From Gemmata obscuriglobus (lineage in GTDB: Bacteria; Planctomycetota; Planctomycetia; Gemmatales; Gemmataceae): a DNA stretch of 32,000 nucleotides. Under the pieces are notes generated by a model. It did not search any database and had not been told where the DNA came from. It saw nothing but the letters and a program-made list of their open reading frames with translations. Shown here piece by piece: positions 24,542 through 30,641 of the stretch (position 1 is its first letter; the number at the start of each line of letters is the position of its first letter). The position numbers and the translations under genes were made by a program. The stretch lies in contig NZ_CP042911.1 of the NCBI RefSeq assembly GCF_008065095.1, positions 3,630,001 through 3,662,000 of the forward strand, written 5' to 3'.

Positions 24542-25081
24542 CCTTCAATTCGGCCACGGGCTTACACCCGTGGAGAGCGGCCCGGCTTCGGCACCAGACT
24601 CGCCAGTAAGGCGCTTCAATTCGGCCACGGCGTTCAACCCGTGGAGACTCGGTCAGCCCGGCCGTCCCGTCCAGCGGCTTCAACCCGCTTCAATTCGGCC
24701 ACGGGTGCAAACCCGTGGAGAGGGCTGGTGACGATCGAATCGCTTCCGAAACGTCGCTGCTTCAATTCGGCCACGGGGGTCAACCCGTGGAGAGGCGACG
24801 CCCCCGATCCTCGACGACTACCAGCGGACGCTTCAATTCGGCCACGGGTGCAAGCCCGTGGAGAGACCGCTCGCCGTTCGATCGTGGCATAATTCGAGCC
24901 TGCTTCAATTCGGCCACGGAGATCAGCCCGTGGAGACCTCCCCGATACGGGACTACGCACCGTATGACCTGTAGCTTCAATTCGGCCACGGGAATCAACC
25001 CGTGGAGGTGGCTTCTTCGCTACACGGTAACACTCCGCACACGCCACTTCAATTCGGCCACGGGTGCGAATCTGTGGGGAG
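24542..25081. CRISPR. orphan CRISPR-like array, 8 repeats / 7 spacers, no cas genes in window
   Basis: 36-nt repeats at 24542, 24613, 24687, 24759, 24830, 24902, 24974 and 25046. Consensus GCTTCAATTCGGCCACGG-N7-CCCGTGGAGAG. Spacers are 35, 38, 36, 35, 36, 36 and 36 nt. The last repeat is degenerate (TCTGTGGGGAG). Confidence 0.8.
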
Positions 25082-25125
25082 CTTACCCCCGCTTGCGATC
25101 CGCCGCAACATCCGATCCGCCCGGA

Positions 25126-25308
25126 TCACTCCCGTGCGAACACGCAGCACACGAGCGCGACGAGCGTCGTGAACGTGGCGATACACGCGGCCGAGAACAA
25201 CCCGTACAGACCGCTCAGGGCGACGATCGCCCCGTACATCGCACCGCCCAATCCCTGGCGGGCGACGCGGCGGGCACGGACCAGAAAACGCGGGATGCTG
25301 ATTCTCAC
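25126..25308 (-). CDS. small single-pass membrane protein (60 aa)
   Basis: Minus-strand GTG 25308 follows CGGAG and lies 24 nt downstream of a palindrome copy. TM segment GAIVALSGLYGLFSAACIATFTTLVALVCCVF. Confidence 0.45.
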   Translation of the reverse strand: MRISIPRFLVRARRVARQGLGGAMYGAIVALSGLYGLFSAACIATFTTLVALVCCVFARE

Positions 25309-25332
25309 AGTGGGCTCCGGGTTGGGGGCGAA

Positions 25333-25348
25333 GTGGTCGCGCGACCAC
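25333..25348. repeat. palindrome copy (16/16; 20-bp palindrome 25331-25350)
   Basis: Between minus-strand genes, 24 nt upstream of GTG 25308. Confidence 0.95.
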
Positions 25349-25349
25349 T

Positions 25350-25628
25350 TCAGTTGGTGGCGTTCTTCGCGGTGCAGATCGGGCACCCCGGATCGGGGCG
25401 GTGCGGGTGCCGCGGGCAACACGTCGTCACCCGCACCGCGAACGTGCGATACCGGCACTCCTCGCAGTCGCAGTCGCCCATCGGCACGTCCCCGCGGTGA
25501 CCGCACTCGTAACAGTACGTCGGCACGTTCGCGTACACGCGGTTCAGCGTCTTGCACCACGAACACGCGGTCCGGTGGATGGTGCCGCAGACCGGCTCGT
25601 CGGTCCGCAGGGCGTGACGGTTCGGCAT
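25350..25628 (-). CDS. Cys-rich zinc-binding small protein (92 aa)
   Basis: Minus-strand ATG 25628 lies 7 nt after AAGGAG. More than 12 Cys in CxxC-type pairs (CSWC, CYEC, CDCEEC, CPIC). Confidence 0.6.
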   Translation of the reverse strand: MPNRHALRTDEPVCGTIHRTACSWCKTLNRVYANVPTYCYECGHRGDVPMGDCDCEECRYRTFAVRVTTCCPRHPHRPDPGCPICTAKNATN

Positions 25629-25713
25629 GACGGGTCTCCTTGGTTCGGTCACGCGGATGGTATCGGTTGTTGCGGAATTCCGTAATGTCAGTGGCGAGTT
25701 GTTGAACTGAAGC

Positions 25714-25986
25714 TCAGACATTCAGTGGTCGCCAGTCGCCCCACTGGTTGTTGCGTTCCATCCAGGCCGATGCGACGAACCGGCCGTCTGTCGTCCGCAC
25801 CCACACCTCGGCCCGGGGCCGTTCCCACTCGTCGTTGGCCCCGATCCACACGATGCGCCAGCCGGGCGGCATGGGGCGGATGGGGGCCGGGAAACCGTCC
25901 GGAACCCAGAACGCGTCCGCGTAAACCGGTTGGTCGGCGGCGTCCAGTTCACGAATCCACTGAGGCACTTCGGAGCAGCGGGACAC
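25714..25986 (-). CDS. Trp-rich small hypothetical protein (90 aa)
   Basis: Minus-strand GTG 25986 lies 6 nt after GGAGG and 24 nt downstream of a palindrome. The upstream part of ORF 25714..26454 reads through the palindrome and is rejected. Confidence 0.5.
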   Translation of the reverse strand: MSRCSEVPQWIRELDAADQPVYADAFWVPDGFPAPIRPMPPGWRIVWIGANDEWERPRAEVWVRTTDGRFVASAWMERNNQWGDWRPLNV

Positions 25987-26010
25987 GGGCGTCCTCCGTT
26001 GGGGATGAAA

Positions 26011-26026
26011 GTGGTCGCGCGACCAC
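26011..26026. repeat. palindrome copy (16/16)
   Basis: Between minus-strand genes, 24 nt upstream of GTG 25986. Confidence 0.95.
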
Positions 26027-26027
26027 C

Positions 26028-26330
26028 TCAGAACGCCATCTCCACAACGTCCGCCCTCCGCTTCCGCCACTCGCCCCAACTCCGCGTCCGGTGCGACCAC
26101 GTGAGCGAGTACCGCCAGTCCCGGTCGTAATACACCACCCGCAGCGAGCCCGGCGGCGTCGCCATCACGCTCACGGGAACCAGACCCCGCGGCGGGCGGT
26201 TCCGGCCCCGCGGCAACCCGTCCACCCAACCGATACCCGTCAGGTGGATCTTCCCGTTCCGCATCTCGAACGGCACCGGAGACCACTTCAGCCGATTGAC
26301 CGATTTGCGAGAATTGAGTAACGTAGACAT
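26028..26330 (-). CDS. Trp-rich small hypothetical protein (100 aa), loosely similar to the preceding one
   Basis: ATG 26330 follows GAGGTG. The stop abuts palindrome 26011-26026. Confidence 0.55.
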   Translation of the reverse strand: MSTLLNSRKSVNRLKWSPVPFEMRNGKIHLTGIGWVDGLPRGRNRPPRGLVPVSVMATPPGSLRVVYYDRDWRYSLTWSHRTRSWGEWRKRRADVVEMAF

Positions 26331-26356
26331 CGAACACCTCTACACAGGGGTTCACC

Positions 26357-26389
26357 GGCCCCGGAGCGTGTATCAGACGCTCCGGGGCC
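26357..26389. promoter_or_regulatory. 13-bp-stem inverted repeat in the divergent regulatory gap
   Basis: ggccccggagcgt-gtatcag-acgctccggggcc. Confidence 0.4.
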
Positions 26390-26428
26390 AATTTCGTGTC
26401 GGGCAACCACCGCTCGACAGGGATACAA

Positions 26429-26469
26429 TAAGGCGACATGCCCTTGTTTGTCAAGGCGATGTCGCCTTA
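26429..26469. promoter_or_regulatory. operator-like inverted repeats upstream of the XRE gene
   Basis: TAAGGCGACAT (26429-26439) and ATGTCGCCTTA (26459-26469). Inner dyad AAGGCGA-TG-TCGCCTT at 26453-26468. TTGTCA at 26448-26453 is -35-like. Confidence 0.45.
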
Positions 26470-26487
26470 ATTCTTAGTAGGTGGGTT

Positions 26488-26757
26488 ATGGCCATCCCAG
26501 CCGTGGCGAAGAAAAACATCAGGACCGGCTTTGGGAAGCGACTCCGCGAGTTGCGGATCGACAAGAATTTGACTCAATCCCAGCTCGGTGAGCGTGCCGG
26601 GATGATGTACCAAGATGTAGCGAAACTCGAACGTGGCGAACGTGAGCCGATGTGGGCTACCGTCATTCGCTTGGCTGATGCTCTTGGCGTGCGGGCTGAT
26701 GACTTCCGCACGCTCGAAGATCCGTTGGCCGATCTCCCGGAGTTGCCGCTGGAGTGA
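26488..26757 (+). CDS. XRE/Cro-CI family HTH regulator
   Basis: In-frame ATG 26488. KRLRELRIDKNLTQSQLGERAGMMYQDVAKLERGEREP is a classic HTH_3 pattern. Confidence 0.8.
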   Translation: MAIPAVAKKNIRTGFGKRLRELRIDKNLTQSQLGERAGMMYQDVAKLERGEREPMWATVIRLADALGVRADDFRTLEDPLADLPELPLE

Positions 26758-26760
26758 GGA

Positions 26761-26776
26761 GCGGTCGCGCGACCAC
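26761..26776. repeat. palindrome copy (15/16)
   Basis: gcggtcgcgcgaccac; 3 nt after TGA 26755-26757. Confidence 0.9.
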
Positions 26777-26948
26777 TTCGCGTGGTGAACACATCGACAG
26801 CTTGCGTGGCGGGTTGCGGGTGCGATGATGTGGCGACCTCACGGGGTGCGTGGGGCGCGGCGTCTGCCCTCCGGTTGTCGTTTCTCGTACTAAGTGATAT
26901 CTAGACCGACTCCGGCCGACAGATTCCGGGGGCGATCCGAGTACCAGT

Positions 26949-27377
26949 ATGGCGATGCCTGCCGACCAACTGCCCGTTGGTGAGGGGCTGCTCCCGGACG
27001 GGTCGTGGGGGATGTTCTACGTCAGCCGGCCGGAGATGATCCGCCTGCGTGACAACGGCCCCCAGGAGAAGTACGAAGACGCACGCTTCCTCGAAGAGGC
27101 CGTTCGCGACCCGGATGCCATTTTCTTGGGGCTCCGGCGACCGAACCAGGACGACGCCTTGTGTTACTCTGTCTTCCTCACGTGTGACCCGGAGGAAGAT
27201 GACGAGGATTACAAGAAGCCCCCGCGGTACGGCCTCGCCTTCTTGGCGTTCGTGCGCGTCGCGAACATGGGTTGTGTAATATTCGATTGGGAGTGGCGGG
27301 AAGAAGACCCCGACCTCCCGGGCCACCCGAACAATTGGCGGAGAGACTTCGGAGAGCGTTTATGGTCCCGACCCTGA
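26949..27377 (+). CDS. hypothetical protein (cassette gene 1)
   Basis: 142-aa ORF with mixed codon bias. Overlaps the next gene by 16 nt. Confidence 0.5.
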   Translation: MAMPADQLPVGEGLLPDGSWGMFYVSRPEMIRLRDNGPQEKYEDARFLEEAVRDPDAIFLGLRRPNQDDALCYSVFLTCDPEEDDEDYKKPPRYGLAFLAFVRVANMGCVIFDWEWREEDPDLPGHPNNWRRDFGERLWSRP

Positions 27378-27748
27378 GAGAGTTCCTGAAGGCGAACCCC
27401 AGCCGGGGTTTCCGGTCGGCGCCCCAATATTTCTCTTCTGGCGACTACCTCACGTACTTCATTGAGGACGCCTCGCACTACGCGGAGCGGCTCGACGAGG
27501 TGCTGACCGTTTACCTTCACACCGAAACAAAGAACCTCGTCGGCGTGAAGGTGAAGGGCGTGCGGCACATCATGAAGACGGTCGATGAACTCGAACTCGT
27601 CGTGGACGGCGATTCGGTCAAGCTCGGTGTGTTCATCTTCGCAGGGGCCGCCGCCGACCGACCGGACCGGAAGGCCGACCGGTACGCCCAGCTCGTCAAG
27701 TTGAAGGACGTTCTGGTCAGCCGCAACGAACTGCCCGCAAAGGCTTGA
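27362..27748 (+). CDS. hypothetical protein (cassette gene 2)
   Basis: In-frame ATG 27362 within ORF 27272..27748. 128 aa. Confidence 0.5.
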   Translation: MVPTLREFLKANPSRGFRSAPQYFSSGDYLTYFIEDASHYAERLDEVLTVYLHTETKNLVGVKVKGVRHIMKTVDELELVVDGDSVKLGVFIFAGAAADRPDRKADRYAQLVKLKDVLVSRNELPAKA

Positions 27749-27799
27749 TCGGATCAAACAATTCTCGGATCGAACCCCGCGACCACTTCGGGGCCGGTC

Positions 27800-27991
27800 A
27801 TGCGTCGCTGGGTCGAACACCGCCTCTACGTTCTGGATCGCGTGACGGGCGACCCGTTCTGGGGCCGGGTGTTCGCGGGCGTGCTCGTTGCCGTCCTCGC
27901 GGCACTCCTGATTTACCGCGGGTACGTTCAACCCCGGGTGGGCGCGCGCCCACCCGATCGGGTTCCGGCGGCCGGGCCGGGCGTACAATAA
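27800..27991 (+). CDS. small membrane protein (63 aa)
   Basis: TM segment VFAGVLVAVLAALLIY. Contains the symmetric palindrome variant. Confidence 0.4.
   Translation: MRRWVEHRLYVLDRVTGDPFWGRVFAGVLVAVLAALLIYRGYVQPRVGARPPDRVPAAGPGVQ
27938..27953. repeat. symmetric palindrome variant GTGGGCGCGCGCCCAC, in CDS
   Basis: T5->G and A12->C together keep perfect dyad symmetry. Confidence 0.7.
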
Positions 27992-27995
27992 AAGC

Positions 27996-28226
27996 ATGGC
28001 GACGACGATCGAGGATGTGCTGGCGGTGCTGGCGAAGAACGCCAAGCGAATGAGGGGCGACCGGACGCAAGCCGACCTCGCGGAGGCGAGCGGTTTGACG
28101 GTCTCGCAGATCTCGCAGATCGAGAGCGGGAGGCCGGAGAACCCGCCGTCCGTGCGGACGCTCGTGGCCCTGGCGAACGGGCTCGGGGTGGACGTGTCGG
28201 AGCTGCTCAAGCGGGCGGCGGGGTAG
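27996..28226 (+). CDS. XRE family HTH regulator
   Basis: RMRGDRTQADLAEASGLTVSQISQIESGRPENP is a classic HTH_3 pattern. 76 aa. Confidence 0.8.
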   Translation: MATTIEDVLAVLAKNAKRMRGDRTQADLAEASGLTVSQISQIESGRPENPPSVRTLVALANGLGVDVSELLKRAAG

Positions 28227-28527
28227 CATCCCTCTTTTGGCGTTCGACCCATTTGTCGATCCGGACCGTGTTGCCGTCCGCGTCGTAAACGTACCCGCCG
28301 CGGGCAACGGCCCCCGGCTTGTAAACCGGATCGTGCCCGCCTTGGGTGCGTTCGGAGATCGGCTCGTGCAGCCCCGCCGCGATCATTTCCAGCCGCACCG
28401 ACTTCACCACCGGCCGCGAACACCCGCACTCCTTCGCCACGTCCCGGTCCGACAGCGACTGGTTCTTCTTCGACCGCAGGAACTTCCGCACCCGCAGTCT
28501 CAGCCCCAGATTCTTGTGACCCGCCAT
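28207..28527 (-). CDS. putative HTH DNA-binding protein (106 aa)
   Basis: Minus-strand ATG 28527 follows GAGGAG. SLSDRDVAKECGCSRPVVKSVR is HTH-like. Convergent with the XRE gene and overlaps it by 20 nt. Confidence 0.5.
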   Translation of the reverse strand: MAGHKNLGLRLRVRKFLRSKKNQSLSDRDVAKECGCSRPVVKSVRLEMIAAGLHEPISERTQGGHDPVYKPGAVARGGYVYDADGNTVRIDKWVERQKRDATPPPA

Positions 28528-28540
28528 CGGAACTCCTCGA

Positions 28541-28556
28541 CTGGTCGCGCGGCCAC
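28541..28556. repeat. palindrome copy (14/16)
   Basis: ctggtcgcgcggccac; 13 nt upstream of minus-strand ATG 28527. Confidence 0.75.
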
Positions 28557-28645
28557 CTCCAACCGTATTCGATGGCACGATGAGCACATTGAACCACATT
28601 GGGCACACTTCCAGTAAGTGAACGGGCGTGTAAGTCGGGCGGAAA

Positions 28646-28661
28646 GTGGTCGCGCGGCCAC
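28646..28661. repeat. palindrome copy (15/16)
   Basis: gtggtcgcgcggccac; in the long non-coding gap. Confidence 0.85.
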
Positions 28662-29164
28662 CGCTCGGGAGGAAAATTCGCGAGCGGTCGGGGCAGGGTG
28701 CCTACTGTAATTTGCCGGCCGCGTGTCGGCCGAACAGCCTCAGAGTGGCAAACCGTGTGCGTCCCGAACGGGCCAATAGTGGGCATCGGGGCGACCCGTT
28801 TCAGTGGTGGCTCGGACCGGCCAATCGACAGCTTAACGGCTGCACGACGCCGGGTTAACCGGCCGGGGCAACCCGGGGCGTCAACGGACCGCCCCCGCAA
28901 CCGAAAGGTTGGGCACTTCACCTGAGACGTGAGGGGCTTGCTGACGGAACCCGCGATGCGTCCGGACGGTCCGACGCGGCGGCCGACTTTCTCGTAACGC
29001 CGAGGCACCGGTCGCTGACCGGTGGCCGGGACGGACGGGCACGTCCATTCCGGACATTGCGGGGCGTTTAACAAATACTGCGGGGGATAAGAGGGGTCAT
29101 TGTGTGCCCGCTCACGTCGTCCGCAGGTGCCGCTGACTAACGCCAGAGGAAGGAAGGGTGCCGT

Positions 29165-29464
29165 ATGCCGCGTCCGGCCGACCGCAAACCGAAGGCGAAG
29201 AACGCGAAGCGGGTGGACCCGACGAAAACGGTCCTGACCGCGACGGACGGCGAAGCCCTGCCGGTCGCGAGCGGGCTGGGGCTGTACCTGCTGCTCGAGG
29301 GGCCGGTGGTGAACCGCCGGTGGCGGGTGTACGACCGGGCGACCGGGGCGTTCCTCGCACGAGCGGACCCGCAAGGTGGTCGCGCGACCGGCCCGCGGAT
29401 CGGCACCCTGACCGGCGGCTGGCGGGAGCTGCTCGCGGAGATCCGGAAGCGAACCGGAGCCTGA
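29165..29464 (+). CDS. hypothetical basic protein
   Basis: ATG 29165 follows GGAAGGAAGGG. 99 aa. Confidence 0.5.
   Translation: MPRPADRKPKAKNAKRVDPTKTVLTATDGEALPVASGLGLYLLLEGPVVNRRWRVYDRATGAFLARADPQGGRATGPRIGTLTGGWRELLAEIRKRTGA
29376..29391. repeat. palindrome copy (14/16), in CDS
   Basis: gtggtcgcgcgaccgg; read as GGRATG. Confidence 0.7.
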
Positions 29465-29488
29465 CTTCTCTGGCGTTCCTGACGTAAG

Positions 29489-29504
29489 GTGGTCGCGCGA
29501 CCAC
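29489..29504. repeat. palindrome copy (16/16)
   Basis: Intergenic; 6 nt before the TACCATAA box. Confidence 0.95.
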
Positions 29505-29510
29505 CGGCCC

Positions 29511-29518
29511 TACCATAA
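29511..29518 (+). promoter_or_regulatory. CGGCCC-TACCATAA box
   Basis: palindrome-cggccc-TACCATAA, 33 nt before ATG 29552. Confidence 0.4.
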
Positions 29519-29551
29519 ACGTGAGTCGTTTGAACCCGAGCGAGGACCGAC

Positions 29552-29755
29552 ATGGCGGTTACCTACACGGTCGAGCAGAAGAAGCTGGCGAAGATCGACG
29601 GGCAGAGCCTCGCGACGATCGCGGTGGCGGGCATCGAGTTCCAGGGGCCGGTTTCGGAGGACGAGCGGGACGCTCTGCTCCGGTGGCTCCTCGACTTCCA
29701 GCAGCGACGCCGGGCCAACGCAGCGAATCCGAAGGGCACCCCGCTGGCGGAATAA
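29552..29755 (+). CDS. hypothetical 67-aa protein
   Basis: ATG 29552 lies 5 nt after GAGGA. High GC3, in contrast to the overlapping ORF 29521..30156. Confidence 0.6.
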   Translation: MAVTYTVEQKKLAKIDGQSLATIAVAGIEFQGPVSEDERDALLRWLLDFQQRRRANAANPKGTPLAE

Positions 29756-29757
29756 AA

Positions 29758-29773
29758 GTGGTCGCGCGACCAC
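29758..29773. repeat. palindrome copy (16/16)
   Basis: 2 nt after TAA 29753-29755, 33 nt before GTG 29807. Confidence 0.95.
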
Positions 29774-29806
29774 CAGCAGCCTCCACCCACGAATCGGAGC
29801 GACACC

Positions 29807-30076
29807 GTGAGCGATTACCCGCCCGTCACAGAAGAAACGGTCGAGACCGAAGAAGCCGAATGCGGGTGCAACGAGAAGTTCGACAAGCTCGGCGAGATCA
29901 TCGAACTGGTAACGGCGACGTGGGCGTGCCCCGTGTGCGGGTCCGTGACGTTCGAGAAGGGGCCGGGCGACCACCCGCCGACGGTCCCGTACCCGTGGGC
30001 CGGGGCGATCATGCGGACGGTCGTGACCTTGGCCGTGATCGTGACGTTCGCCGCGATCTACCTGACCGCGAAGTGA
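29807..30076 (+). CDS. zinc-ribbon, C-terminally membrane-anchored small protein
   Basis: GTG 29807 lies 7 nt after GGAG. CGC..CPVC cysteines and TM segment TVVTLAVIVTFAAIYL. Confidence 0.55.
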   Translation: MSDYPPVTEETVETEEAECGCNEKFDKLGEIIELVTATWACPVCGSVTFEKGPGDHPPTVPYPWAGAIMRTVVTLAVIVTFAAIYLTAK

Positions 30077-30077
30077 G

Positions 30078-30093
30078 GTGGCCGCGCGACCAC
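30078..30093. repeat. palindrome copy (15/16)
   Basis: gtggccgcgcgaccac; 17 nt before ATG 30111. Confidence 0.9.
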
Positions 30094-30110
30094 TTTTCGG
30101 GAGGTCACGG

Positions 30111-30641
30111 ATGGCGGGCGGGCGGGAGTGGACGACGGGCGAGGAGGCCGAACTGAAACGGCTCCTCGCTGCCGGAACGAAGCTGGCGACCGTCGCCAAA
30201 CGGCTGAACCGGTCCTACTCGGCGGTGGCCCAGCGGGCGTTCCGGGTGTCGGGCCGGGAGCGGCTGCCCCGGCTCCACAAGGCCGGTGAGTTGGAGGAGC
30301 GGGTGCGGTCGCTTTCGGTTCCCGGCGTTCCTGACGCGGTGGTCGCGGGCATCCTGGGCGTGACCCGGCAGACCGTTCTGAAGACCCGCCAGCGGCTCGG
30401 TATCCCCCAGAGCGTACCGCCGAACGGGAAACTGCCCCGCGACCCGGCCAAGCGGTCGGACCTGTCGATCGCCGCGAAGGTGCTGTGGCTGTACTCGGGC
30501 GTCGGGCGGTCCGATGTGGTGATTGCGAAGCGGATCGGCGTGTCGAGAACGACCGTCCGCGATTACCGGCTCAAATTCAACCTGCCGGCGTTGGGCGAAC
30601 TGAAGTGTGGTCGCGCGACCACTACGGAGGTGCAGAAATGA
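30111..30641 (+). CDS. multi-HTH (Myb/SANT-like) DNA-binding protein
   Basis: ATG 30111 follows GGGAGG. WTTGEEAELKRLLAAGTKLATVAKRLNRSYSAVAQRA plus two further HTH-like segments. Confidence 0.5.
   Translation: MAGGREWTTGEEAELKRLLAAGTKLATVAKRLNRSYSAVAQRAFRVSGRERLPRLHKAGELEERVRSLSVPGVPDAVVAGILGVTRQTVLKTRQRLGIPQSVPPNGKLPRDPAKRSDLSIAAKVLWLYSGVGRSDVVIAKRIGVSRTTVRDYRLKFNLPALGELKCGRATTTEVQK
30607..30622. repeat. palindrome copy (16/16)
   Basis: In the last codons of the HTH gene (CGRATT), 15 nt before thyX ATG 30638. Confidence 0.95.

Noticed and set aside
21736-25081. Diversity-generating retroelement (template/variable repeat) as an explanation for array-to-tail-gene similarity.
   Set aside because: There is no reverse transcriptase in the window. 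The matches are only 35-38 nt and are embedded in a regular repeat-spacer lattice. The mismatches are not adenine-specific; they are mostly silent or conservative codon changes.
24285-25500. ORFs crossing the array (24715..25500, 24634..25047, 24285..24683, 24641..24892) with repeated FNSATG.NPWR-like peptides.
   Set aside because: The periodic peptides are just translations of the 36-nt repeats; no independent coding signal.
25714-26454. 246-aa ORF 25714..26454(-) as a single gene.
   Set aside because: It reads straight through palindrome 26011-26026, and the upstream part has a junk-like translation. It splits cleanly into two SD-preceded small genes (25714..25986, and 26028..26330 in another frame).
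28599-28925. ORF 28599..28925 (108 aa) and 28646..28858 in the long gap.
   Set aside because: Third-codon-position GC is mixed, unlike real genes here. The start is TTG/GTG within or next to a palindrome. No recognisable motif.
29521-30156. GTG 29521 sits right after the TACCATAA box (same spacing as the leaderless ATGs) and opens a 211-aa ORF.
   Set aside because: That frame has poor GC3 and an Arg/Gly-rich junk translation. It overlaps three well-formed genes (29552.., 29807.., 30111..) that have their own SDs.
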